Under the pieces are notes generated by a model that was not told the DNA's origin, did not search any database, and saw nothing but the letters and a program-made list of their open reading frames with translations. The translations under genes and the position numbers were made by a program. From Eledone cirrhosa (lineage: Eukaryota), in NCBI GenBank assembly GCA_964016885.1, contig OZ024740.1, forward strand, positions 213,652,001 to 213,716,000: 64,000 bases of DNA, in the 5' to 3' direction. Position 1 is the first letter of the stretch. Each line of letters starts with the position of its first letter. This document shows, in pieces, positions 40,594 to 54,445 of this stretch.

Positions 40594-41255
40594 TCTTTTA
40601 CCTGTTTCAGCCATCCGGCTGAGGCCATGCTGGGGCACCGCCCTTGTTGCTACACATTTTATCTCCAGCCTGTATAGGTTGGCCACTGGTGTAAGAGGGA
40701 GTTTGTTGCTGCTGCCCTTAGGTTTCCCTCGTGCCTTGCTGTGGGCTCATCCGGGATCCTGGATAACAAGGTGTCGAGATGTTTCTTGAAGACATCCACC
40801 TCCACGTCATGCAAATCTCTCAGATCCCTCGGCAGCTTGTTGAAGAGTTGAGGGCCCTTGAATCCCAGGCTATTGCAATACCTGCTCCTTATTCTAGATG
40901 TGGAAGACGGGACCTTTGGCACCACACAGTGACGTCCTGTTCGAAGGTTGGTCCAGCTCCCAATGCCAAAGTTTGGTGCTAGTCCCTCCAGGATTTTCCA
41001 CATGTAGATCACTGCGTATCTCTCCCATCTTCGTTCCAAGGAGTAGAGGTTCAGTTCCTTTAGCCTCTCCCAGTAGCTTGTCTCCTTCATCGTGGCAATC
41101 CTCTTGGTGTAGCTTCGCTGGATTGCCTCAAGCTCCGTGGTTAGTTTGACACTATGGGGTGACCACAACTGGGAGCAGTAGTCCAGGCGGCTTAGGACAA
41201 ATGTCCTCCATCGTGTCAGCATGGTGTCTCGATCTCTTGTCCGGAAAGTCCTCAA
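40592..41255 (-). pseudogene. CR1-group LINE 3' fragment
   Basis: SRLDYCSQLWSPH, ELEAIQR, YWERLKELNLYSLERR, FNKLP, FKKHLD. Confidence 0.85.
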
Positions 41256-41344
41256 GAAAACGAACCCCGCTTCTCTAGAATGCGTTAAATATTGTCCTTG
41301 GGAATTTACAACCTCCAATTGTTATCTTTACGAAGATTTGTTGA

Positions 41345-41553
41345 CTATAGGTAGAATGTCTCAGGAAAGAATCACTGGACAGATTTTATGGGCAAAACCA
41401 ACCGACAGGAGACCCACTGGTAAACTCCGAGCAAAATGGTTGGATAACATCTATGAGCTTGGCTGGTCCCACTTGGGGATTCAGCTGGATTAGTTAGAGA
41501 CGTTTGCTTCTAACAGGACCCGCTGAAAGGAGTACTTCAAGACTCTGCCCCCT

Positions 41554-41597
<44 letters not shown>

Positions 41598-41650
41598 AGA
41601 AGAAGAAGAAGAAGAAGAAGAAGAAGAAGAAGAAGAAGAAGAAGAAGAAA
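41345..41650 (+). pseudogene. RTE-type LINE 3' end with (GA)n(GAA)n tail
   Basis: GRMSQERIT..RRPTGKLRAKWLDNI; related copy at ~57110-57530 on minus. Confidence 0.65.
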
Positions 41651-41987
41651 TGTGAATACTCGTTTGACTTAAGAGACATTTTAACCCCTCATGTACCTCT
41701 ATCTACTTTTTCCCGTCTCCAGGAGTACTTTACCCGATTTGCTTAACTACTATTTCTAGTGATCAATTATTATTTTAGTTATAAAATAAAGTACCAGTAA
41801 TACACTGAGTATTTTGCTGGCCTTGTGCCTAAAGTAGAATCAATTATTTTAGTTATCTGCGCTGAGGCGACAACATTTCAAATATGTATATGATCAATTC
41901 TATCGCTTTCTCTATCAGGTCACTTATGGAAGCTATGACTGGACCCATCAACATGTTAATAACGTGAACTTTGTGAACTATCTATCT

Positions 41988-42595
41988 ATCTGTCGTGGGT
42001 GGGACCAATCCAGTTGACCACCCAGTCCATTGTCATGATCAAACCGCCACCCTCCTTCAAAAACGAAGGAGAGGCGGTTTTCCTATGTGTTATGGCTATG
42101 GTGAAAGAGGCTATATGGTGGACGAGATTAAAAGGGCTGAGGTCAGACACCTTTCTCTCCGGCGAACAACTGATTCGTTTTTTCAAATATCATTTTGGAA
42201 GAAGAATCAGGATGGAGAGAGAGGTGCTGTACCCCAGCACATTTTATAAAAGTTGGGTGAATGTGGCAAAGATGGCCCGAGTGGTTGGGCCTTCTCTCTA
42301 TATAAGCCTGTAGGTTGAGGAAAAAGAGGAAGAGAGGAAGGGAGTACTCACTCTGGGTGCTCCTGGAGATGAGGGTTGTACATTTTTTCGGGGCGTGTAC
42401 AACCCCTTTGTAACACCTCCCCCTATTGGGGATTTTAACTGTTATTTGTTATTTTATTAATAGTTTTATTTTCATATGCCTGTATGTAAACTCGCCATTT
42501 GTATTTGTCCCCTTCTTTTGTGCTCTTATGGCTAATAAAGAAATTTATCTATCTATCTATCTATCCATCTATCTATCCATCTATCTATCTATCTA
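41988..42595 (+). mobile_element. short 3' fragment of Tx1 family A (copy F) within (TATC)n
   Basis: ORF 41999-42313 matches the ORF2 end; TATC repeats on both sides. Confidence 0.9.
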
Positions 42596-42662
42596 CTTAT
42601 TTATCACATTCACATTTGTTTCTATCTTAATCTTTCGATCGATAGAATATGTACCAGTAATG

Positions 42663-42757
<95 letters not shown>

Positions 42758-43601
42758 TTAACTGATATTACAAACACCCACACTAGTTAAAGAACTATAT
42801 AGTCACGCGACTTGTTCAAAGTAGCCGCCAAATTTTCATAAACAAAATTATTACGTTCCTTAAAATGGGAACCATATGTTTGAAGACATTAACATTCTTT
42901 GGAAAGTGTCCTGATCTGGACAGCGAATACTGAAGATTATAAAAACAAAGAATATGTAATACACCACGTTCAATAATATAGAAGTATAACAGTTGGGGAT
43001 GTTGACACCACCAGTTGCTGTGATAAATGTTTGATCTGATACATCTGCGCCATAAATCTAAGTATGGCTACGTTTCAGTAATGAGAGGGTGTGGACGAAT
43101 AAATCAACTCTACTACTTCATTCTTCTAATCGTTATTTTCACTTATAGCAGCGTACGAAACTGCGTAAACATATTTCAATTAGTATTTCAGAATATTTTT
43201 AAAAAGACCAGTTACTTCCCGTTGAGGCCAGTTTGCGCATCACCGATTGTTGACGTTGTTTTATGTGGCGGGGAGTCACAGGAAGCGGTATTTGAAGTCG
43301 AAACGCACAGATCCGGAACAGATGCCATAAAGCATCTCGTCCGATATTTTTTACAACTTCCTGCAGCAGTCTATGATTTTGTAGATGTAATAGTTGAAGA
43401 ATATGCCTCTCATTTTGTAGATGTAATAGTTGAAGAATATGCCTCTCAGACAATTCAGAGTGCAGTCTTTGCCAGTCATGTTTCGGTTACTTCTAAACAA
43501 TATCTATTCACATCAGACAAGCAGTTATCACTTAATCCAGTCATTACGGAATTTAATTGTTGAAAGAGATGTACAAATGCTCAAATCTAGATTGCTTTTA
43601 A

Positions 43602-44120
43602 AGATAGTCTCCAACCACAAGATATAGTTTCCAACCACAAAATATAGTCTCCGACCACAATATATAGTCTCCAACCACAATATATAGTCTCCAACCACTA
43701 TATAGTCCCCATCCACAAGATATAGTCTCCAGCCACAAAATATAGTCTCCAACCACAATATATAGTCTCCAACCACAAGATATAGTCTCCAACCACAAGA
43801 TATAGTCTCCAGCCACAAAATATAGTCTCCAACCACAATATATAGTCTCCAACCACAATATATAGTCTCCAACCACAAGATATAGTCTCCAACCACAAGA
43901 TATAGTCTCCAGCCACAAAATATAGTCTCCAACCACAAGATATAGTCTCCAACCACAAGATATAGTCTCCAACCACAATATATAGTCTCCAACCACAAGA
44001 TATAGTCTCCAACCACAAGATATAGTCTCCAACCACAATATATAGTCTCCAACCACAAGATATAGTCTCCAACCACAAGATATAGTCTCCAGCCACAAGA
44101 TATACTCTCCAGCCACAAGA
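43602..44120. repeat. 20-bp minisatellite, ~25 units
   Basis: unit ATAGTCTCCAACCACAAGAT. Confidence 0.95.
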
Positions 44121-44204
44121 ACTATTTGGTTAATTTTTACATTTGTAGCATTATGTAGTAAATCAAGGTTATCATTTGTATGGTTATAGTCATTCGATAA
44201 TTTT

Positions 44205-44420
44205 GTATCGGCTGCTTTCTAATAGATTTATGGTAGAGCCTGTAGCAATGGAAACTTCCGGCGTTCTTGGCCCCGGACCACATTCCTGCTTACTGCTATC
44301 GGAGCGGAGTTGGCTGCCCGCACGTGCGAGCCCCGGGAGGTGGAGTGACTGTTCCAGTACGTCTCCCTCGCCGTCCTGCGGGGTAATGTATTCTCCATGG
44401 TGGCCGGGACAAGTTAGTTG
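44205..44420 (+). pseudogene. third CRE-type REL 3' fragment
   Basis: RFMVEPVAMETSGVLGP...EWLFQYVSLAVLRGNV-like across a frameshift. Confidence 0.55.
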
Positions 44421-44659
44421 AAGGAAGAAGAGACTAGTTCGGGCGTCACATAGACACAAAATAGATAAAAAAACTTCTAAACATTATAATCCGTTAGAAA
44501 TATTTTGTTCCATCCTTTACGAACACATACGTAAACACATACACATATATTATGTGTGGATGTGTACTAACACCCAGCAATCTCACATTTACCATAATGC
44601 GCCTACGTTCTTGAAATATTAAACCTAAGAGTTAAAGTATTTAATCTTACAATAGTAAT

Positions 44660-45184
44660 AATTGTTTCTACTATAGGCACAAGGCCAGCAATTTTGTGGG
44701 GAAGAGGAAGTCGATTAAATCGACCCCAGTGCATTACTGCTACTTTATTTTATCGACCCTGTAAGGATGAAAGGCAAAGCTAACCTCGGCGGGATTGGAA
44801 TTCAGAATATAAAGGGACGTAACTCTATGCCACAAATGATTACTTATTCCAAACTCCGGGAAACCCTCGTATAGAAGAAATACAAAAGATAGAACTAACG
44901 GGAACTGCCCATGTACTAAGGAAACTTCTGTCGATATAAATATCTCACATGTGTAAACATCTAATTTGTTTTCTTTCTGAACATGGCGGAATCTGGTCTC
45001 TCTCGAGGTGACTTGTTATGACTTGGTGATAACTTGAACATAAAGTCAAATAAAAATGGTAATAAGAATAATTGTTTCTATTTTTGGCACAAGGCCAGCA
45101 ATTACCCCAGTGCATTACTCTAGGGCCATAACTCTATGTTGCAAGGCATAATGTCTGACGCTCTACCGATACTGTCAAACTACC

Positions 45185-45231
<47 letters not shown>

Positions 45232-45625
45232 TGTTTCTACTTTTAGGCACAAGGCCAGCAATTACCAGTACATTACTGGTACTTTATTTTACCAACCCCC
45301 GTAAGGATGAAAGGCAAAGTTAACCTCGGCGGGATTTGAACTCAGAATGGCAAGGGCCGTAACTCTATACGTCAAAACATGGCGTCCGACCCTCTACCGA
45401 TACTGCCAATCCACTGCCCTAATAATAATAATAGTAATAATAATGATTTCTACTATAGACACAAGGCCAGCAATTTTTTGGGGGGAAGGGAAAGTCGATT
45501 AAATCGAACCCCAGTGCATTACTGGTACTTTATTTTATCGGCCCCATAAGGATGAAAGGCAAAGCTTAACCTCGGAGGAATTTGAACTCAGTATCGCTCT
45601 ACCGATACTGCCAATCCGCCGTCCT
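44660..45625 (-). mobile_element. cluster of four SINE copies joined by (AAT)n
   Basis: copies at ~44660-44830, 45070-45185, 45230-45420, 45445-45625. Confidence 0.85.
44835..45068 (+). pseudogene. R4/Dong-type LINE 3' tip
   Basis: PGNPRIEEIQKIELTGTAHVLRKLLSI* plus short UTR. Confidence 0.55.
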
Positions 45626-45959
45626 GGTAATAATAAATATTATAAATAAACATCGGTATGTTTGTAAACATTTCTGCTAATGATAATTTTCTTATGTTGT
45701 AACATAAGAACATTATCATTAGTAGAAATGATTACCATAATAACTTGATCTAAGATTTGTTTAATATTTATATTGCGTTTCCTTATTATATTTGTTGAAG
45801 ACATTAAACTGAGTTTAAGATTAAACCAGATATAATCATAGAAACGTCATCAAATTGTCGGATTAAAGAAAAGAAGATTCTTTAAAAATACTTCCCGGCT
45901 GTTTCCATTCTTATGTTTTTTCTTAACTTTTAACTCTAGAAAATACTCCAGCAATGCTG

Positions 45960-46275
45960 GTATAGTCACTACCTCCGCTCTCTCGCTCTCCCCATCTTTC
46001 ACCACTATTATAAGCAAATTGGGGTCTACACGCTGGTCGCCCCGCGGCCCGGGAAGGCATTTCCACGAAGGAGACGCGCTGGAAGAGTAGCCATTCCAGC
46101 TCGCGAGGTTCACACTTTTGGGTAACCAGCTCGGTGTAAATGGTGGTGAGTAGGGAGGTAGTCCTAGCGCCAAGGACACCAGAAGTCTCCACTACTACGG
46201 GTAGCCAACTCTGTGCCGATGGTAGTGAGTAGGGAGGTGGTCTTAGGGCCAAGGACACAAGAAGTCTTCACTGTT
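45960..46275 (-). pseudogene. fourth CRE-type REL 3' fragment with internal duplication
   Basis: VETSGVLGARTTSLL...EWLLFQRVS; same GATGGGGAGAGCGAGAG tail as the 7066-7300 repeat. Confidence 0.55.
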
Positions 46276-46922
46276 TCTTTGTCTAGAATCAGTTTTCTGG
46301 TCAAATCCCAACTATACAGGCAAATAAAAAAAGACGTCAGATATCAAAGATTCGTGACATTTTGAGACAATAGTTAATTTGATATATATTATTTTATTTT
46401 ATTTTATTTTATCTTTCTCTCACGCTTCCTCTTTTCGTTTAATTATTGTGAAGCATTATATGAACAGATGCATTTGAAAAGATATATTATGATTTAAACA
46501 TGTGTGAATGTAAACATTAACATGGCTGTCGTGAATCTGAATAAAAATATACTAGCACACATGTTTTCATTTTCCAACATTCCTCTCTTACTTTCCACCC
46601 ACAATTTTATAAATATGCATATCTTCACTTGCTGCTAATTTAACTGAAGAGCGCCGAAATGTTTTATTGGTTACTGTAATAAGATGTATTGTGATTGGTT
46701 GGTTAAATATGTGATTCTAGTTTAATCTGGGCTTTCATTGAAAGGTTAAAGGTGAAGGATACACAAATTGGAATAATTTTATGGAATATGTTTATTTACT
46801 TTAGCTCGAGCAGCGGAAGTAGAATACATACAATGGCATATTACATGATCCAATGGAATTTATTTCAGAGTTAGACTGGTGAAATAAACAACTTTATGTT
46901 CAGTAATTTCAATATGTAAGCA

Positions 46923-47036
46923 AATATTTCACATTATTTCGCCATTTATTTCCCTTTTAAGAAAAGTTTCTTTACCTGTAAACTGGTCTATAAGTATAAA
47001 TGAAATATATTAATGCCCTGATTTATATATGTACGT

Positions 47037-47099
<63 letters not shown>

Positions 47100-47248
47100 T
47101 ATTGAAGTTTCCGTTGAAAATTGAAAAAGTCATAGGAGTGAAGAGTGCTCTATAATAATGTTTATTATACTTTAAATTTAGCTATGGTATTTACATAGAG
47201 CACTCTTCACTCCTATGACTTTTTCAATTTTCAACGGAAACTTCAATA

Positions 47249-47329
<81 letters not shown>

Positions 47330-47443
47330 ACGTACATATATAAATCAGGGCATTAATATATTTCATTTATACTTATAGACCAGTTTACAGGTAAAGAAAC
47401 TTTTCTTAAAAGGGAAATAAATGGCGAAATAATGTGAAATATT
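46923..47443. repeat. nested palindrome: outer arms, (TA)n, inner arms, ~40-bp spacer
   Basis: 46923-47040 is the reverse complement of 47325-47443; 47097-47153 of 47196-47251. Confidence 0.9.
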
Positions 47444-47477
47444 ATGAGGTAATTATATTGTATTGTTTATTATACAT

Positions 47478-47517
<40 letters not shown>

Positions 47518-47703
47518 GTGAGGTTTTTTTTACAAAATGAAAAATAACCGAGGTGTCCTACACGAGTGGAAACCACAGACCCTCCATCTCAACTCACCTT
47601 TTGAAAAGCAGAAGAACTGCGAAACCGGTAAAGGAACCAAATAAATATATATATTTTAAAAAAAAATAAGACTTCTGTTGCATTTTCGATTTCATCCCTT
47701 TTT

Positions 47704-47767
<64 letters not shown>

Positions 47768-47936
47768 TATAAATAAATGCAAAGACCAAAATCCAAAGTA
47801 GACTCGATAAGGGTTGCATGTGTGTGTGTGTGTATGTGTGTGTGTGTGTGTAAAAGGTAAACAGAAATAACAAAACAAATGGTACAGTATATGGAAGGAA
47901 TATATTAATTTGACGCTTGAAATAGCAGGAAAAAGG

Positions 47937-47972
47937 TCTTAACATTTCGGACGCTAGTCCTTCATCAGAAGA
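47937..47972 (-). ncRNA. minimal type-I hammerhead motif
   Basis: minus strand TCTT-CTGATGA-A-GGAC-TAGC-GTCC-GAAAT-GTT-AAGA. Confidence 0.7.
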
Positions 47973-48045
47973 AAGAGTGAGAAATTAAAGAAGAAACAGA
48001 AATATTGAGGGGACGGGCAAGGCGGAGCTGGAAACAAATATTTAG

Positions 48046-49023
<978 letters not shown>

Positions 49024-49028
<5 letters not shown>

Positions 49029-49756
49029 AAAATTATAAAAATTAGCTTACTTACTAAAATTTCACTCCAACTAATTAGTTTCTGAAAGGGAATAAACATG
49101 GTTTCCGAATGGAACATGGAGAATACCTTTCGTCATCAGGAAGTCAATTCTCAGCTAAGTTCCCAGGCGATGCGTGGACACAGGGAACTTATACAAAAAT
49201 AATTCAGTGGATGGAAGAAAGCAAGCGAGGACTAAATTCCAAGACATTGAAAAAATCACTGCCTACTTGGTCGGTGGCAAATTCAAAAGAATCAATCACG
49301 TGACATCGAGGTTAATCAGTGAGGAGTGGGGTATTAATAAGACAGTAGCCGGACTATTACTATGAACTATAGTAGTAGTTTTGGCAAATTTTTGCTCAAC
49401 AAAATAATTTGGAGATAATTATAAAGAATTAGTATATCTACCAACATATATATACAGATGCATTCCACTGAATTATTTTTGTATAAGTTCCCTGTGTTAG
49501 CTGAGAACTAACTTCCTGATGACGTAATGTATTCTCCATGTTCCATTCGGAAACCATGTTTATTCCCTTTCAGAAACTAATTAGTTGGAGTGAAAGTTTA
49601 GCAAGTAAGTTAATTTTTATAATTTCCTTATTGTACGTCTGTCATATAATTGTTCTGCATTCCCTTGCATTGAACCACAAAGTTACTAAGACAAAACCTA
49701 TATATTTGCTAGCATAGGTATGCATCTGTATATATATGTTGGTAGATATACTAATT

Positions 49757-49762
<6 letters not shown>
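49024..49762. repeat. compound fold-back with hammerhead-like cores on both arms
   Basis: arms ~49024-49205 / 49468-49630, second pair ~49420-49463 / 49720-49762; CTGATGA...GAAAC at ~49516-49556 and inverted at ~49100-49139; stem I not evident. Confidence 0.75.
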
Positions 49763-49802
<40 letters not shown>

Positions 49803-50044
49803 CAAGGAGTCAACAAACAAAGGTACAAAAATCTCATTAGTTTCACGCTTTATAATAGAAAGAGGAAACAAAGTTCGACATGTCGGGTTTAGCCCTTCTT
49901 TAGGAGTACAACATAGAAACAGGATCACAATGGAGGAAGAGAAAAAAGGTCTAGTAAAGACACACACACAAAAAAAAAACGAAAATGGAGAGGGAAAACA
50001 TAAGAAAATCGTTAGTAGTTGACGGATGAGAGGAAAGAGTATTT

Positions 50045-50203
50045 AATACCGAAGTAGAGTTTAAATAGAGTTACGGCCCTTGCCATTCTGAGTTCAAATC
50101 CCGCCGAGGTTAACTTTGTTTTTCATCCTTATGGGGTCGATAAAATAAAGTACCAGTAATGCACTGGGTAATTGCTGGCCTTGTGCCAAAAGTAGAAACA
50201 ATT
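50045..50203 (+). mobile_element. SINE copy
   Basis: GAGTTCAAATCCCGCCGAGG...GGCCTTGTGCCAAAAGTAGAAACAATT. Confidence 0.85.
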
Positions 50204-50331
50204 ATATATATATATTCATCAAAGATCATCTATTGAAATAAAACCAGCAGGAGGAGATTGTTTATAACCAATTTCTTAAAGACCCTTATCTTGCTGTCAA
50301 CCTTCACCATTCTCTGTGTGTATATATGTAT

Positions 50332-51532
50332 GTCAAAGGGCAAAGGAGCTCTTAAGAGTCAATGGCCATCCAAAATCACCGGGAGAGACGACCTCTTAGC
50401 CTTTGTCAAGGCAGAATTCTAGGAGAAGGAAAACTCTGATATAACACCTGCAACCCTGATGGTATCCAATGATGTTGACTTGTTCTTCTTTTTGGTAGGA
50501 GAGTGGGACTGGCTTTGTGCAGTGCCTTTGCTCACTATAAAAGCTTCACGGCACAGGCATTGCTTTATATCTGGAGATCTCTCTGCACTTGTCGTCACAT
50601 GGTACCATGGGCCCAGCACTGTGTCAATAATTGTCACAGGTGTAGTGTTTGTACCAGAGTTTTCAAGTCACTGGCTGGACTAAAAAGTCACACTCGTTCA
50701 GCGCATCGTTAGGGGTTCTCCTACATGGATATAAAGTAGTGCCCGTACTCGAAAACGAGTTGGCAGCCACCAAGAGATATATGTCTGTATGTATATATAT
50801 ATGTGTATGTATGTATATATATATATATGTATGTGTGTGTATATATGTATGTATATATATATATATATGTATGTATATATGTATGTATGTATATATATAT
50901 ATATGTGTGTATGTATATATATATATAGGTCACCAGTTGGTGCTACTGGTAACATGTATCCCAGTACAACCTGTCCCATGGTCGGGGCGTTGGCGACTAA
51001 ACTGGCTACCCCACCAAGGTTTCTTGGTGAGGAGGGTGACTTTGGACATCCTGCAGGACTAAAAACAAAACCTGTCAAAGGGCAAAGGAGCTCTTAAGAG
51101 TCAATAGCCATCCAAAATCACCGGGAGAGATGACCCCTTAGCCTTTGTCAAGGCAGAATTCTAGAAGAAGGAGAACTCTGATATAACACCTGCAACCCTG
51201 ATGGTATCCAATGATGTTGACTTGTTCTTCTTTTTGGTAAATATCATCTTCGTTAAGAGAGTGGGACTGGCTTTGTGCAGTGCCTTTGCTCACTATAAAA
51301 GCTTCACAGCACAGGCATTGCTTTATATCTGGAGATCTCTCTGCACTTGTCGTCACAAGGTAACATGGGCCCAGCACTATGTGTCAATAATTGTCACAAG
51401 TGTAGTGTTTGTACCAGAGTTTTCAAGTCACTGGCTGGACTAAAAAGTCACACTCGTTCAGCGCATCGGTAGGGGTTCTCCTACATGGATATAAAGTAGT
51501 GGCCGTACTCGAAAACGAGTTGGCAGCCACCA
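50332..51532 (+). mobile_element. two tandem copies of a short non-autonomous, probably RTE-derived element
   Basis: 50332-50772 repeats at 51073-51532; contains C2H2-like CSVCTRVFKSLAGLKSHTRSAH; microsatellite after each copy. Confidence 0.6.
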
Positions 51533-51537
51533 TGTGT

Positions 51538-51662
<125 letters not shown>

Positions 51663-52013
51663 CGTGTGCGTGCGTGTGTGTGTATGCTTTAATTCCTTTA
51701 AATCTTCATCAACACTCCTTCACTCCCACAGGTTAACGCTTGATATAGCAGGAAAAGGGTCTTAACGTTTCGGGCGCTAGTCCTTATATATATAACTTAA
51801 TATTAATGCATTTGATATTGCAGATGTGCAACGAAAGAACTTTATTAGACTTTTTATATATTTATAACCGTTGTCAGTCAATGATAAACATTGATTGCCA
51901 AATAAATTAACTAAGGAGATATAAAAGATACAGAAGCGAATACCAACCAAACAGTGAATGCGTTCTGTTATTATTTCTGGCAATATTATTACAACAATAT
52001 GACCCTCCCCAAG

Positions 52014-52088
<75 letters not shown>

Positions 52089-52262
52089 TTCAAGAGTAAC
52101 CAATCTTAAAGAGAGAGATGGAGATAGGAGAGGAGATAGGAGAGGAGAGATTGGTGAATTAGTTAGAAGCCAAAGCGTAAAGGCATGTGCTCAATGTGCA
52201 ATATGCAGTAGAAAGCAGCTAGGTGGCTGGGTTCATGCAGAAGTTAGGTGCGCAGAGCTGGA

Positions 52263-52674
52263 AATATTCCTTAGTTAAGCAAAACAAGACCATAAATTTC
52301 ACAAGGAAGACATTATTAAAAGATTGTCAACATATTTTAGTTTGATGTAAGGAATGTAGAGAATAATAATAATAATATTAATAATAATAATGTCCGTTTA
52401 CAATTGTTTCGCTACTCCATATAATATTTCTGGATCAGATGACTATATATCATTATTGATCTGGTTCAGTTGAAAATAATTAACATATTTAAAAAAATTT
52501 AAAACAGAGCGGCTCATCGGAACTTCAAAGGAATATAAATTAAAAATAAGGAGATTATTATTATTAATATTATTATTATTATTCTTTACATTCCTTACAT
52601 CAAACTAAAATATGTTGACAATCTTTTAATAATGTCTTCCTTGTGAAATTTGTGGTGTTGTTTTGCTTAACTAA

Positions 52675-52680
<6 letters not shown>
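52263..52680. repeat. fold-back unit with ~125-bp arms ending at (TA)n
   Basis: 52263-52390 inverted at 52555-52680 with a few mismatches. Confidence 0.85.
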
Positions 52681-52717
<37 letters not shown>

Positions 52718-52776
52718 TATCTCTTCATTTTGTAAATTAGTAAAATGCATACTTAAGCTTAGCCTTTTCAAAATGA

Positions 52777-52843
<67 letters not shown>

Positions 52844-53199
52844 CAGGAGTAGAGGAAGAGAGTTACATTTTCAACTAAATTTAATTTAACTTATGTTTGC
52901 CTATTGGTGTAACATCCATAGTGGGAGTCAACGAACTGTTGTAGAATATAGAATGTAAATGTAGATATTAGAGAAATATTATGTTGGCCTCGAGGAAAAG
53001 CTACGTCTCCGTTAAACTTGGTCTTATTTTCCAGAGAGTAAAACAGACGTTGTCATTACTAGATGCCAATGTAAGGAAGTCTTTGTCTTTTACTGTTTCT
53101 ATTAGTGGTGGCTTTATAACATTTGACAGTCTTCAGGCGAAAGGGTTAATAATGCTGACTCACATATACACCCCCTCCCTCACACGCACACACAAAACG

Positions 53200-53543
53200 T
53201 ACTCTCGGGTCTCGAATAATTGTCCAACGACCTCTTATTAATTTTTCAGACGCCAACGCTTATTAAATTTTGTTACTCTATCAAAAATTTATTTTAAGTG
53301 GTAGCAATCCTGCAACAATTAATTTTTTTCATACATTAAAAAAAATTACACACAACAAAAAAATACATTTCTAGAAATCTCATACATTATAAAATAAATA
53401 GGATGGGTTGGGATCTCAATATGTAAACTAAACGACTAATTCTGGTTTTAAAAAAATCAACGGAGACAACCTAGAAAAACTATGGATTTTCCTATCCCCT
53501 CGTTTATTCCCCCTCCTCCCCCTATTATTTGGGACCTGAGAGA
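53200..53543. mobile_element. MITE with imperfect terminal inverted repeats
   Basis: TACTCTCGGGTCTCGAATAAT ... ATTATTTGGGACCTGAGAG. Confidence 0.6.
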
Positions 53544-53629
53544 AGCTAAGACAATAACACTAATTTTATGATACAACATTTGCAAGTGTGAAAACGTTGG
53601 TATTGACAGTTCAACAGCTTCTGGTATAT

Positions 53630-53697
53630 ATATATATACCAAAGTTGATCGACTGTCATATATATATATGACAGTCGATCAACTTTGGTATATATAT
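53630..53697. repeat. perfect hairpin centred on (TA)n
   Basis: ACCAAAGTTGATCGACTGTC-(AT)n-GACAGTCGATCAACTTTGGT. Confidence 0.9.
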
Positions 53698-53870
53698 GAA
53701 TAAATTTAGTCCTTCATCAGTGATCTTCCAACCTTCATTGGTATTTCATCGCTTTAAAGACCATATACCTCCGGTTGGTGCGAGCAACGGCTAAAGAAAG
53801 TCGTTGGGACACGTAAATAAGGGGAACGAGCGCGACAGTAAACAATCAAAGATGGTAATGCAACGAAAAG

Positions 53871-54130
53871 TGAGGAAGAAAGAGTTAAGTCCCTGAAATC
53901 GATGAACATAAGTTCTGTGAAATCGTGGACGAGAGAGAATAAAGACCATCACACCTGGTCGAAATGTGAGTAAGGAAAGAATTTCGCACAGGTCGAATGG
54001 GAGGAAGAAGGAGTCAAGTCCTTGAAATCGATGAACATAAGTTCTGTGAAATCGTAGATGAGGGAGAATAAAGACCATCCGACCTGGTCAAAGTGTGCGT
54101 GAGGAAAGAATCTCGCACAGGTCAAACGGT
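53871..54130. repeat. ~128-bp direct repeat x2
   Basis: GAGGAAGAA..AAGTCC.TGAAATCGATGAACATAAGTTCTGTGAAATCG present twice. Confidence 0.8.
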
Positions 54131-54445
54131 GAGTGAGTGAGTGAGTGAAAGTGTGAGGAAGAGGCTAACAGAGTGAGTGACTGTTAGAGGGGATAAAAGG
54201 AAGTGAGAGATACAGAGAAAAGGGGAAGCAGTAAGAAAGAAACAGACGGGTCACAGCGGAGGGAATTATATATGAATATGAAAACATGGCGTGCTGCGTG
54301 GTTGCAAATGGGTTACATATGAATAAATTTAGTCCTATATATATATAAAGTTTAAACAAGGTTCAATGAATAACTCAAAGAATGAGTTTTACAATAGATT
54401 GGAAGCACTCAACAGTAATGGTTTTCCGGAGTTATTAATATTAAT

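Noticed and set aside
43027-43563. 178-aa ORF as a host exon
   Set aside because: No recognisable motif, contains a 33-bp tandem duplication, no splice support
43528-44118. Repetitive ORFs or CRISPR-like array
   Set aside because: Contiguous 20-bp minisatellite without unique spacers; eukaryotic context and no cas genes
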